A stretch of DNA of 63,980 bases, filler included, from Octopus bimaculoides (lineage: Eukaryota): NCBI RefSeq assembly GCF_001194135.2. It is 7 parts of 6 records of this genome, joined end to end, with 100 filler letters (N's around TTAATTAATTAA, not from the genome) between each part and the next. Parts side by side here need not be neighbours in the genome. Positions count along the whole stretch, not along the records: positions 34,857 to 58,616 come from NC_068981.1; positions 58,717 to 62,838 come from NC_068981.1; positions 62,939 to 63,980 come from NC_069008.1; 4 more parts are not named here. One strand, 5' to 3'. How positions within the stretch are numbered: position 1 is the stretch's first letter; the number at the start of each line of letters is the position of its first letter. The position numbers were made by a program, and so were the translations under genes. Positions 52,261 to 63,980 of the stretch are shown here, in pieces. The notes below the pieces were generated by a model. The model did no database searches. It was given only the letters and a program-made list of their open reading frames with translations, and had not been told where the DNA came from.

Positions 52261-52368
52261 GTTACTGTCCAGGGATATGGGATGGAATATTATGTTGGCC
52301 AGACACTGAGGCTGGAACGCTGGCGAATTTGCTATGTCCTGCCTATGTTAACAAATTTAATACCGACT
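52261..52368 (+). CDS. Internal exon (108 nt, phase 1/1) of a class B GPCR hormone-receptor (HRM) domain; PTH/calcitonin-receptor-like
   Basis: ttctttctgccttccaatcag|GT TAC TGT...GAC T|gtaagt encodes YCPGIWDGILCWPDTEAGTLANLLCPAYVNKFNTD, the diagnostic C-x3-WDG-x2-CW-x2-T-x2-G-x6-CP motif of secretin-family receptors. It lies in a different frame from the ORF-track entry 52219..52614. Confidence 0.93.
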
Positions 52369-53220
52369 GTAAGTACTGAAAGCTATTCTTTCCCTTTTAT
52401 TATCACTCTCTACTATTTATCTGTCTATCTAACTGTCTATCTTCCTCCTCTTTNNNNNNNNNNNNNNNNNNNNNNNNNNNNNNNNNNNNNNNNNNNNNNN
52501 NNNNNNNNNNNNNNNNNNNNNNNNNNNNNNNNNNNNNNNNNNNNNNNNNNNNNNNNNNNNNNNNNNNNNNNNNNNNNNNNNNNNNNNNNNNNNNNNNNNN
52601 NTATACACTCATAAATACTTCTATATAGAAATTAATACATACATATATATCCATATATACATAAAGGAACTAAACCAAGCCAAACAAGAAAACAAAATAA
52701 AAACAGAAAGAAAGAAGAGAAAATATGTGTGCGTGTATGTATGTTTGTATATACACACACATACATACATATATATATGAGAGAGAGAGAGAGAGATATT
52801 CGCAGACATATACACTTACAGATCTTGGTTTTGTTGCTCTTTTCTCTTTCCTTTTTTTCTTTCGTCTTCTCGTTCTGTTTGAGGTCACAGAGAGAGAGAA
52901 TGAGGGAGAGAGAGAGTGAGTGAGAGAGAGTGAGAGAGAGAGAGAGATTAAGAAATACACAGAGAATTGCTTTCGTTAGACTAGTATCTAAATGGCAATA
53001 AATATTTCGAATGCATGTATATTTCTATATATGATAAAAAAGAAAATATGGTGGTAAATTGGTAGAATGGTGAGAGCGCCTGACAAAATGCCTTACACTA
53101 TTTACTGAATTTAAATCCCATTAAGATCAAATTTGCCCTTTCATCACTCCGGGGCCAATAAAATACAACATCAGTCAAGTACTGGTGTCGATGGCATCGA
53201 CTGAAAATAAACGTTGTAAG

Positions 53221-53575
53221 TGAGTTAGTGAAGGCGCATGGCTCAGTGGTTAGCGCGTCGGGTTCACAATTATGAAGTAGTGAGGTCGACTCCTGGACCG
53301 GGTTGTGTGTTGTGCTCTTGAGCAAGACACTTTATTTCACGTTGCTCCAGTTCACGCATTTGTAGAAACGAGTTGAGATGTTACTGGTGCCAAGCTGTAT
53401 TGGCCTTTGCTTTTCCCTTGAATAACATCGGTGTCGTGGAGAAGGAAGACTGGTATGCACTGGCAACTGCTGGCCTTCCATAAACAACCTTGATCGGACT
53501 TGTGCCTCGTTGAGGAACTTTCTATGTGCAATCTCATGGCCATTCATGACCGGAAGAAGTCTTTTACCTGAATTA
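53221..53575 (+). mobile_element. tRNA/CORE SINE
   Basis: ggcgcatggctcagtggttag head and cttgagcaagacactttatttcacgttgctccag CORE-like block. Confidence 0.8.
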
Positions 53576-53626
53576 AAAACAATATATAATTGAATTAATG
53601 GCGGACAACCAAAAGACAAAGATATT

Positions 53627-53672
<46 letters not shown>

Positions 53673-54674
53673 NNNNNNNNNNNNNNNNNNNNNNNNNNNN
53701 NNNNNNNNNNNNNNNNNNNNNNNNNNNNNNNNNNNNNNNNNNNNNNNNNNNNNNNNNNNNNNNNNNNNNNNNNNNNNNNNNNNNNNNNNNNNNNNNNNNN
53801 NNNNNNNNNNNNNNNNNNNNNNNNNNNNNNNNNNNNNNNNNNNNNNNNNNNNNNNNNNNNNNNNNNNNNNNNNNNNNNNNNNNNNNNNNNNNNNNNNNNN
53901 NNNNNNNNNNNNNNNNNNNNNNNNNNNNNNNNNNNNNNNNNNNNNNNNNNNNNNNNNNNNNNNNNNNNNNNNNNNNNNNNNNNNNNNNNNNNNNNNNNNN
54001 NNNNNNNNNNNNNNNNNNNNNNNNNNNNNNNNNNNNNNNNNNNNNNNNNNNNNNNNNNNNNNNNNNNNNNNNNNNNNNNNNNNNNNNNNNNNNNNNNNNN
54101 NNNNNNNNNNNNNNNNNNNNNNNNNNNNNNNNNNNNNNNNNNNNNNNNNNNNNNNNNNNNNNNNNNNNNNNNNNNNNNNNNNNNNNNNNNNNNNNNNNNN
54201 NNNNNNNNNNNNNNNNNNNNNNNNNNNNNNNNNNNNNNNNNNNNNNNNNNNNNNNNNNNNNNNNNNNNNNNNNNNNNNNNNNNNNNNNNNNNNNNNNNNN
54301 NNNNNNNNNNNNNNNNNNNNNNNNNNNNNNNNNNNNNNNNNNNNNNNNNNNNNNNNNNNNNNNNNNNNNNNNNNNNNNNNNNNNNNNNNNNNNNNNNNNA
54401 TATATATATATATATATATACAAGAAGCACAACCCTGTCACTTCCTCCAATAATAATACACATTGCACACCATCACAACGCAACGATATGAGATCTCACC
54501 CAGATCGAGAATACAGGCCAAGAAGAATCCATCAAAACAATGAACTACCAACAAAAACTCATAGGCTCAAACGACACAATAATCCAACTGCTCATAACAC
54601 AGTAAATTGTTCTAATCCTGTACAACACACTAGGTCAAATAAGCCAAACAACAGATATGAGAATCATGATGTCC

Positions 54675-55471
54675 TCTAGTACAACCCAGTTTTCGGTTCG
54701 CAGGATTCAACCAAGATCGATGGAAAATTTTTTGCCGCTTTAGAGAAATGGTTCCCTAAATCTAATAAATATCATGCTACTTTAATCGGTACACTGTAAA
54801 GTTATCCTACGCTAACTCTACAAATTTATAGCAGCATATGCACCGCATAAACTATAGTAAAATGCGACAACAGTTCAATAACCTACTTATTGGATCTAGC
54901 AAACATACACATCTTAATACAAAGGAAGGAGATGTAAACCGTAATGAAAGCATCAAATACGGCCAAATTATGATAGTAGAAATGATTATGATATAGCTAA
55001 GACAGTAAAAACGTCGGAAAATGAAGTCAGAACTGCCATACATACAAATATAATAAATTCTCATGCAGAGAAAATTCAAAATGCCTATTGATGAACCTCT
55101 GTATGAGTACAAATCTTGTATATAAATGTACCGTGCACTCAAGGGGAGGGCCGTATGCTGATTCATTCAAGAATTGTTATCGCACCCATGTCGCCAGATT
55201 CAAGGGGATCAATAAGAGACATTCAACATTTTTGGCCGATTTTATATGGCGACTGAAAGAAGATAAAATTAAGTATGACATAACTTGGTCCATAGTAAAG
55301 CACACAAAACCATATATCATTTCCAGAAGATGCCGACTCAGCTCCGAGGAATCCCTGTCTATTCTGTGGACCAATGACAAGATCATTACTAGAATTTCTG
55401 AAAGACTCTCAAGATGCCTACATGCATATAAATGTACTTTCGCACAATGCAGTGGGAATGAATTTCAGTAA
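54675..55471 (+). mobile_element. Second degraded Penelope-like (Naiad-type) linker plus GIY-YIG fragment
   Basis: YNPVFGSQDSTKIDGKFFAALEKWFPKSNKYH (cf. PLE WFNPPF...FP..HK), then NLVYKCTV, SFKNCYRTHVARF, HSTFLADFIWRLKEDKIKYDITWSIV, CRLSSEESLSIL, RCLHAYK; same architecture as the 14309 element. Confidence 0.8.
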
Positions 55472-56036
55472 CTGTTAGTATAACTTACTTTAAGGTATGG
55501 ATGAATTAAGTTTAACTTTAACCTCCCCATTCTCATAAACACCAAGTAACTGTTTAACTCGCTATGTGAACGTATATGCACTAAACCACATGTTTGCGTA
55601 TGATTACACCTATGTGGATGCTTGTAATACTTGTATTAGCGAGTGTACATGTGCCATACAACTTACGCGAGGGCGTTTATATATCCATATCCGTTAACGA
55701 TTATTTTTAATACTTTTCTCGCTGTATTGTGTGTTAATTTCTTTCCTGCATCTGTTTTTTGTTTGCATCTGTTATTCTATTATTGATCTTCTATATAAAT
55801 GAAGATATAGCCTTTAATTTTGTGCTTTTCTTTACACGAAATGAGAAGATACATTGCGGAATTGTTATTTTAACTAGTTATATCTATTTATCAACCGAAT
55901 AGACACATCTGCACCGTCAGATGATCCTGAACCATTTGTTAAGTATTCCACCCGTGAGGGATCGAAGCCAAATCTGTCGAAACAGTTGTTGTGATTCATA
56001 AAATTCTTGTCTCTTCCATCTTCTGACTTTCGTTTA

Positions 56037-56085
<49 letters not shown>

Positions 56086-56908
56086 NNNNNNNNNNNNNNN
56101 NNNNNNNNNNNNNNNNNNNNNNNNNNNNNNNNNNNNNNNNNNNNNNNNNNNNNNNNNNNNNNNNNNNNNNNNNNNNNNNNNNNNNNNNNNNNNNNNNNNN
56201 NNNNNNNNNNNNNNNNNNNNNNNNNNNNNNNNNNNNNNNNNNNNNNNNNNNNNNNNNNNNNNNNNNNNNNNNNNNNNNNNNNNNNNNNNNNNNNNNNNNN
56301 NNNNNNNNNNNNNNNNNNNNNNNNNNNNNNNNNNNNNNNNNNNNNNNNNNNNNNNNNNNNNNNNNNNNNNNNNNNNNNNNNNNNNNNNNNNNNNNNNNNN
56401 NNNNNNNNNNNNNNNNNNNNNNNNNNNNNNNNNNNNNNNNNNNNNNNNNNNNNNNNNNNNNNNNNNNNNNNNNNNNNNNNNNNNNNNNNNNNNNNNNNNN
56501 NNNNNNNNNNNNNNNNNNNNNNNNNNNNNNNNNNNNNNNNNNNNNNNNNNNNNNNNNNNNNNNNNNNNNNNNNNNNNNNNNNNNNNNNNNNNNNNNNNNN
56601 NNNNNNNNNNNNNNNNNNNNNNNNNNNNNNNNNNNNNNNNNNNNNNNNNNNNNNNNNNNNNNNNNNNNNNNNNNNNNNNNNNNNNNNNNNNNNNNNNNNN
56701 NNNNNNNNNNNNNNNNNNNNNNNNNNNNNNNNNNNNNNNNNNNNNNNNNNNNNNNNNNNNNNNNNNNNNNNNNNNNNNNNNNNNNNNNNNNNNNNNNNNN
56801 NNNNNNNNNNNNNNNNNNNNNNNNNNNNNNNNNNNNNNNNNNNNNNNNNNNNNNNNNNNNNNNNNNNNNNNNNNNNNNNNNNNNNNNNNNNNNNNNNNNN
56901 NNNNNNNA

Positions 56909-57240
56909 AGTCTTTGTCTCTAGACCTTTCAGACGCGTCCACCATACACATTCTTTCGCCATAGCCACAAGTACGATGAAAATAGCTCTTCCTTCCCGTT
57001 TAAAGGAAGGAGGCGCGACAATATTCACGATAGACTCGGCTGATAGACCGACTCGTCCCACACGCGATAGCAGTTGTTCGACGTAAGCCCACAGCTCGGA
57101 AATGGTGGGACACAGTACGAGTGCGTGCAGAACGGTTTCGTCGCTCTGCCGGCATCTCGGACAGGTCGGCCCCGTGTTTCTCGAGCCATGCCTGTAGAGC
57201 TTATCCCGAACGGGTAGTGCTTCTCGATAGCACGCGTCAT
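56909..57240 (-). mobile_element. Tx1/L1-type ORF2 C-terminal zinc finger (zf-RVT) fragment
   Basis: REALPVRDKLYRHG...TCPRCRQSDETVLHALVLCPTISELW...VAMAKECVWWTR. Confidence 0.8.
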
Positions 57241-58257
57241 TCAGTATATCCCCTTTAATTTTGTTATCCAAATTCGAGTTATTTTCTCTTAGCATTTTTT
57301 AACTTTAATCATGCAAATTATTATTGGCGCAAAATGTACTACACTCTCTGTGCATGTTAAGTTGTCTAAAGCCGATAGGTGACTGATTTTTCCAAAACAC
57401 GTGTATTTGGCTATCGCTTGCCTTCAAAACAAATAGCAGATGGTTCTTTTCTCAACAGTGTGTGAATTCAACATGAATTCATCCTTGTTTTCTTGAAATT
57501 ATCTCCTTTTCTTATTCAACTATACACACTATCGCCGTTAGGTTCTTGTTTACTTTCTATGTCTTTCATGGCAGTTTTAATAAATTAAGGATTTAACATC
57601 TATAGCACTCTGTACTGCCGGATTGATTTTAAACTAATAGAGCATAAGGGTGTCCGTTTAGGCGACTATTTTAAACGTTGATATGACATTTGTTAATTCT
57701 GTTAAATATGTATACGATGTTGGAAATATATAAAATGTACGCTTAACATTATGTTGAGATTCAACATGAAGTATAGTCACGAGCCACGAGCCCTTGAAAT
57801 CGTAAGGCCAGTTACGCCAGTTTCCATGTCACATAAGTGACCCATATCACAATACCCACTGAACAGGAGGCCAGTTTCTCGCAGGCTAACTCATTCACAG
57901 GTAAATTAATTTTAGCAACGTGAAATGAAAAGTATTGCTCAATAACACAACGCACCGCCCAGTCCGGGAATCGAAACTACGATTTTGCAAATGTGAGCGC
58001 AACGCCCTCACTACTAAGCCACGTGCATTCAAGCTGACATGATAAAGAATAAGAAAATGTCAGAAAATACTGAAACCATTATGTAACTATATAACATGTA
58101 TTTTACATAATTATTTAACAGTATAGGACAGAAATATTGAAAAGTTAATTCTGTAAATTTTCGATTTCATTTACCTGTGGTAAGCGACAGGTGAGTTTAA
58201 TAATGGGGAAGATGAAGGAAGAGTTAATAAATTGTCAGTATGTTCTAGCAGAGTTAT

Positions 58258-58616
58258 GATTTTATTATTATTATTATTATTATTTTATGTTTGACTTTTG
58301 TTTTGCATTTGTACAAGTTGGATCTAAGTCTCACCCAGAGACCTCAAGAGACAACAAGTTAGAAGTTCATGTAAGTGTTATACCTAGGGTACCATATATT
58401 TGGATTTGTACAGTTCTGCTCAAGTGAATGTTTAAGAAACCATAAGAAAATTATGTGTTTGCTTTAAAATTTGAGATCACATAGACAGTATTTTACGTAG
58501 GATATGGGCAGTTCCCATGAGCACTATCTTTTGAACTTCAGCCATTTTGGGGTTTCCTGGTATCTGAGCTAGGTAGTAATCAGCCCGTTTCGCTGTCATT
58601 CCCAGGGTACCTATGA
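58258..58616 (-). mobile_element. 3' end of an R4/Dong-like element ending in a (TAA)n tract
   Basis: Minus strand IGTLGMTAKRADYYLAQIPGNPKMAEVQKIVLMGTAHILRKILSM*, then a 3' UTR, then taataataat. Confidence 0.75.
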
Positions 58617-58748
58617 NNNNNNNNNNNNNNNNNNNNNNNNNNNNNNNNNNNNNNNNNNNNTTAATTAATTAANNNNNNNNNNNNNNNNNNNNNNNNNNNN
58701 NNNNNNNNNNNNNNNNACACACATATATATATATATATATATATACAT

Positions 58749-58779
<31 letters not shown>

Positions 58780-61415
58780 CACCCATTTTGTAGCAGGTAT
58801 TACTAATTTTGCTGGGCTCTTTTCACAGTTATACCCCATTTGAAGTTACATTAGTTTTTGTATGAAAAAAAAAAGGAAGGGAGCAGGGCTTGTTTGTAGT
58901 TTGTAGAGAAAGCGTTAAACATGCCTGAAAAACAAAAAAACAGGGTCTTTGCCCCCAACTAAAAGACATGAACTATCAAACGAGGCGAATTAGTACTGGA
59001 GGTAGGGTAAAGAAGAGCGAACTAACACTCGATCCTTCTAGAACTTCCAGAACAAAAACCTAAGCACCTGAAAGACTATCCCTCTATTCATTACTAAATC
59101 TCTTTCCCTCTTCTTCATCGTTAAAAGTAAAGAAGCTAGAAAAGATCAATCCTATTTCAGTTTAATTGTCATTTTGAATGACCTTGACTTTCCTTTCCCT
59201 CTCTCTATCGCTTCACTCCTTTTCTCTACGGTTAAGAGAGTGAAGGTGTGTCACTTAGTGGTTAGGAGTATTCGGTCGATAATCATAAGGTCATGAGTAT
59301 GATTTCCTGCGGTGCACTGTGTTCTTGAGCAAGGCATTTTACTTCACCTTGCTGCAGTCCACTCAGCTGGCAAAAATGAGTTGTAATTGAAATGAGCTGT
59401 AATTGAAAGGGGCCAGCCTTGTCACATTCTGTGTAAGGCTGAATCTTCCTGAGAACTATGTTAATGGTATGCATGTCTGTGGAGTACTCAGCCACTAGTG
59501 CATTAATTTTACAAGCAGACTGTTCTGTTGATCAGATAAACAGGAACCTTATCATTGTAACTAATGAAATGCCATTTTTTAAAAAGAGTGAAAGAAAAGG
59601 AAATGTTCCATACTGTAAGGTAAAAATGTCATGTCTTTAGTATAAGCAGTGAAAGCTAAAATGAAACAATTGCTATTCTGTTGTGTAGTGACTTCACCCT
59701 AGACTCATGCTCAGTTTGATAACAACAGCCTGCGCATTGGTGTTTATCTGGGGGCCTGGCCTCCAGATCTGCGAGACCCACAAATGCCGCTGTTAGGACT
59801 GGATTAACACCCATAGTGACCCTAACGACTAAAAAGATTTTCCTGTCCCTATATAGGATCTTTCTTTTGTTTTCTTCCAACCGCTTTAAGGTTTATCTTA
59901 CTCCAGTTCACTCAGCTGACAAAAATGAGTTGTAGCTATAATTCAAAGGGGCCAGTCTTGTCACATTCTGTGTGAGGCTGAATCTCCCTGAAAACTACGT
60001 TAATGGTATGCATGTCTGTGGAGTACTCAGCCACTTGCACATTAAAAGTGAAAGTGACATCCAATATTTGCTGTAGTTATTTGTCTTTGATTTAACTATG
60101 TATCTACTTTTCTTTCAACCTATGTATCCACTGTCCTTTTAGTGTTTGTATCAGTCTACTCTGAAAATACTGATAAACATTTAAAAACACAAAATGAATG
60201 CCACCATCCCTTCAGTCACCACTTACTGTCTCTCTCACTTCCTCTCTCCCATTTTGCTACTCACTTCAAACGTCTCTTCTGCTTAATACCTTTTATTTCT
60301 CTTTTTCTTTGTATTTATCCCTTCAACCTTTTTACCTCTTCCTTTGAAGTGTGACACATACCACAGGTACATACAAAGTTTGCATATTAATATTTAGGAT
60401 TATTATTATTTTTGCATTGGTACGACATTACAAATGTTTAGGAGTGATTTCAATCCACCCCAATACATGGTATATATTTATTTCATTGAATTGAGAGAGA
60501 TGGTGGGAAAATTGACCTTGACTGGATGTGAACTATAACAGGAAAAATGAAAGTAAATGCAGTAAAGCACTCTCCATTTCATTCACTCCTCAGCTCTCTG
60601 CTTAAAAAAAAATGTAATCTAGAGTGGCATAAAAACCTTCATATGGCCAAGTTGTTTTGATGGCTAATCAAAGAGTTGATTATTCTTATTTTATCATCTA
60701 GCTCTGTGATTAAATGATCAAGTCTGCCTAATTATAAGCATTTCTAAGTACAGCTCACTTCTATAAGAACTGACAACAATGTATAATTGAGTGTTTTAAT
60801 TGCAATATATGTTTCACACAAATGTCAGCTTGACTTACCCTAGATATTACTACATAAAGGTGGTCTTCAAGTGGTTGTTGTTTTAAATTAATGGAATAGG
60901 AGAGTCATACTTTGGTTGTGTCTAGATGCATGGCTAAATGGGGACGGGGGTACAGTTGGGCCTTGCATATTATCAATGTTGTTTTGACAACTTAGAGGGA
61001 AGAAAAGCAAAAAAGGGAAATAAAATAAAAATCACCATTCTGACCTTGCGTCTATACAATATCTTGTTTGGCTCCCTAAAATCTCTGTTAATTTTACTAG
61101 AAACACAGACCATTAGCCAAGAAAGAAAAAAAGAGGAAAATTAACATATTATTCACTTAAGTTTTAATAGCCTCTAGGAAAATGAGAAACACACACACAC
61201 ACACAGACACACATGTACATATATATATATATGTCTATATATATGTACATACATTTTTTTTTGTGACAATACAACCATACAAGCTAGCCCTCCGACACAC
61301 TTAGTTCACAAAGCACACATACACACACACTGATCTATCTATCTCATCCCATGTATGTATGTATATATGTATTTGTTGCCTGATCTTTTTAAAAACATTA
61401 CACACATACACACTG

Positions 61416-61446
<31 letters not shown>

Positions 61447-62497
61447 GATACACATACACTCTCTCTCTCTCACACACACACACACATAAAATAAGTTTTC
61501 ATTTTGATGGCTGTTATGAAGTTATTGTCCTACTAGATATGTTGGAAGACTACATCTCATACATCTTATTTTGGGCTTGGTTTCTACTATGATTGAATGC
61601 CTTTACAAACACCAATTATTTTACAAAATGTACTGGGTGCATTTTACTGCAGCACCAGCACTAGAAGGATTGTCATGATGACCTCACCAAAGCAAGACAA
61701 AAATGTCTTCTCAACTTTACATTTCCTTAACTAACTAAGCAATTACTTTACTGAATGTACTAGGTGCCACCAGCACTTGTGAGGTTGTCTTATATCTTAA
61801 AAAGACAACAGAGTTTTTATTGCTCAATGTTGTTGCCATTTATCCAAGGTAGTGTGATCCAATAAGATGACTGCAGATGATGAACTAAGGTGAGATGGAG
61901 AGGAGTTTGAATGTGAAATGATTAAAGTGATAGTGTAGAAGAAAAGGAGAAATGTGAGGAATAGCAATAATGGTGGAGAGAGAGAGAGAGGCTAATGGAA
62001 CTAACATGTTTACTGGCAAGAGTGCGAAAGTTATGGACTGTCAGAGGCAAAAAGAGTAATATATATCAATAATGAAATCTGGAATGAGAGAAGGGTAAGT
62101 AATAATGAGAAGCATAAAAATGTTTACTGCAAGAGAAAAAATTGCAAGTGATAATCAAGATTGCAATGGTAAGAAAGTGATGTCAATGGAAGAGTGATCT
62201 GAACAAAGAGAGAATGATGACTGACTGTACAAGAGGATAAATGGAGGGGTTTATCAGATACCAACAGATCCAGTGCAATCCCTCAAAACTCAAGCAGTAT
62301 TCTGGGAAGGAAAGAGAGGTAAAAAAGTACAGATGGTGAAGGAGGGATTGCATTTGAACAGAGCTCAAGTATTCCCTCATTATACAGGTGGCATAATGCA
62401 GTTAAGAGGAGAAAGGGTGACAGAGATAAGTGGGTATCAAATAGACAACAGAAACAATGGGAGTCTTAGCAAGTACAAAAGGGGCAAAAATATATAA

Positions 62498-62838
62498 TAC
62501 TAGCAGAGATACCCGGCGTTGCCCGTGTTACATGCAATTGAAGGATGAGACTTTTCTCTTATATTTCCTGTAAGGAACTGGAATAGATATGATTCGAATT
62601 TCATCAAAATTGCACATGTGGGTTCTTTCCCTCTTTACACACCCTAAAAAAATTCTAATCATGAGACATGTATCCCATACTATTAATCTTTATGCACATA
62701 TTGCAAAATTTCAGTCTTCTGGAACCTGTAAAAAGGATTTTGCTTCTGAAAAATGGAGCTCATGGAGCTCTAAAATATGGGAATGAAGGCCCCTATTGGG
62801 GGTGGGTGTGTTAATGTCAACCAGAGAAGTTGAATTGT
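62498..62838 (+). mobile_element. Helitron-like non-autonomous fragment, truncated by a gap
   Basis: Terminal motif TACTAGCAGAGATACCCGGCGTTGCCCG and internal aatttcatcaaaat / gcaaaatttcagtc motifs recalled from DINE/Lep1-type elements. Confidence 0.5.
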
Positions 62839-63464
62839 NNNNNNNNNNNNNNNNNNNNNNNNNNNNNNNNNNNNNNNNNNNNTTAATTAATTAANNNNNN
62901 NNNNNNNNNNNNNNNNNNNNNNNNNNNNNNNNNNNNNNTATATATACCCAATATATAAATACTGTATATAATATGGAGGATATATTTAAAAAAATTTCAA
63001 TTGAAGTTCAGATTTTGTTTTGCAACTCAACTTACGTGCTAGTGCGATCATCAGGCGTGCATGTGGAGTAGCGTGGAAGACTCCCAACTTTAGTTTCAAC
63101 GTGTGTGTGTGTGTTTATACACAGTATTTATAGGTGTATATATATACGTAATTATATGTGTGTATATATGTATGTATAAGTGTTGTGTATATATATATAT
63201 ATATGTGCGTGTGGGTGTACATATATATAAGTACATAAATGTATGTGTTTACATATATATGTGTATACACATGTATGTATGCATATAAATGTTTGTGTGT
63301 GTATACATACAGATAATGCATACAGAATCATACATAAATTTATACTCAGATATATGTGCCCCACATATATATAGCTATATACAAATACTTATATAAATAT
63401 TTTAAAACATATATAAGCATAAACATACACTCAAGCACACCATATAGTATGTTTATGTGTGTGT

Positions 63465-63519
<55 letters not shown>

Positions 63520-63659
63520 AAGTATTGTATATATTTGTGAACGTATGTATGTATATATTATTAACAAGAAGACAAAGCGATCGTTATCATTTCACTCGGC
63601 AAGCAATTATTGTGAATATTAAATCGTTTCCCCTTATCCGTCACCCTGGTGGCTAATGA

Positions 63660-63806
63660 AAAGAAATCATCGTCGTCGTCATCATCATCATCACCGCCAC
63701 CACCACCACTGCCATTATCGCCATCATAATCATCATCATTATTGTCATCACCGCCACCCCCCACAACCACACCATCATCATCATTGTCATTATAATAACG
63801 ATGATG

Positions 63807-63845
<39 letters not shown>

Positions 63846-63898
63846 GTAATATTTAGATATTGTTAGTGGTATTGTTCCTATTATCATTTATTGTTGTG

Positions 63899-63935
<37 letters not shown>

Positions 63936-63960
63936 GTAGTAGTAGTAGTAGTAATATTGT
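63660..63960. repeat. (CAT)/(CAC)/(TAA)/(TTA) trinucleotide microsatellite block
   Basis: Direct reading. Confidence 0.95.
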
Positions 63961-63980
63961 TAATCTTATAGATATTATCA

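Overview
Eukaryotic, AT-rich, microsatellite- and transposon-dense genomic DNA from a draft scaffold with many N gaps and artificial TTAATTAATTAA gap spacers. The SINE/LINE repertoire resembles that of octopus (Cephalopoda); this is an inference from recognised repeat families, not a database hit. Four host exons are well supported. Two minus-strand exons (22586-22753 and 21173-21262) encode the second half of GAF-A of a PDE11A-like cyclic-nucleotide phosphodiesterase. Two plus-strand exons (40092-40206 and 52261-52368) encode the hormone-binding ectodomain of a class B (secretin-family, PTH/calcitonin-receptor-like) GPCR. The rest is intronic or intergenic and contains tRNA-derived SINEs, RTE, R4/Dong, Tx1/L1 and Penelope-like (Naiad-type) retroelement relics, mariners, MITEs (piggyBac-, hAT- and Tc1-type) and a Helitron-like fragment. 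The most unusual signal is a near-canonical minimal hammerhead ribozyme in the loop of a ~490-bp foldback element with ~186-bp inverted arms (23959-24445). Several other hammerhead relics occur, one directly downstream of a Penelope-like GIY-YIG ORF. Almost all ORFs in the supplied track are microsatellite or N-gap artefacts. No CRISPR, rRNA or genuine tRNA genes were found.
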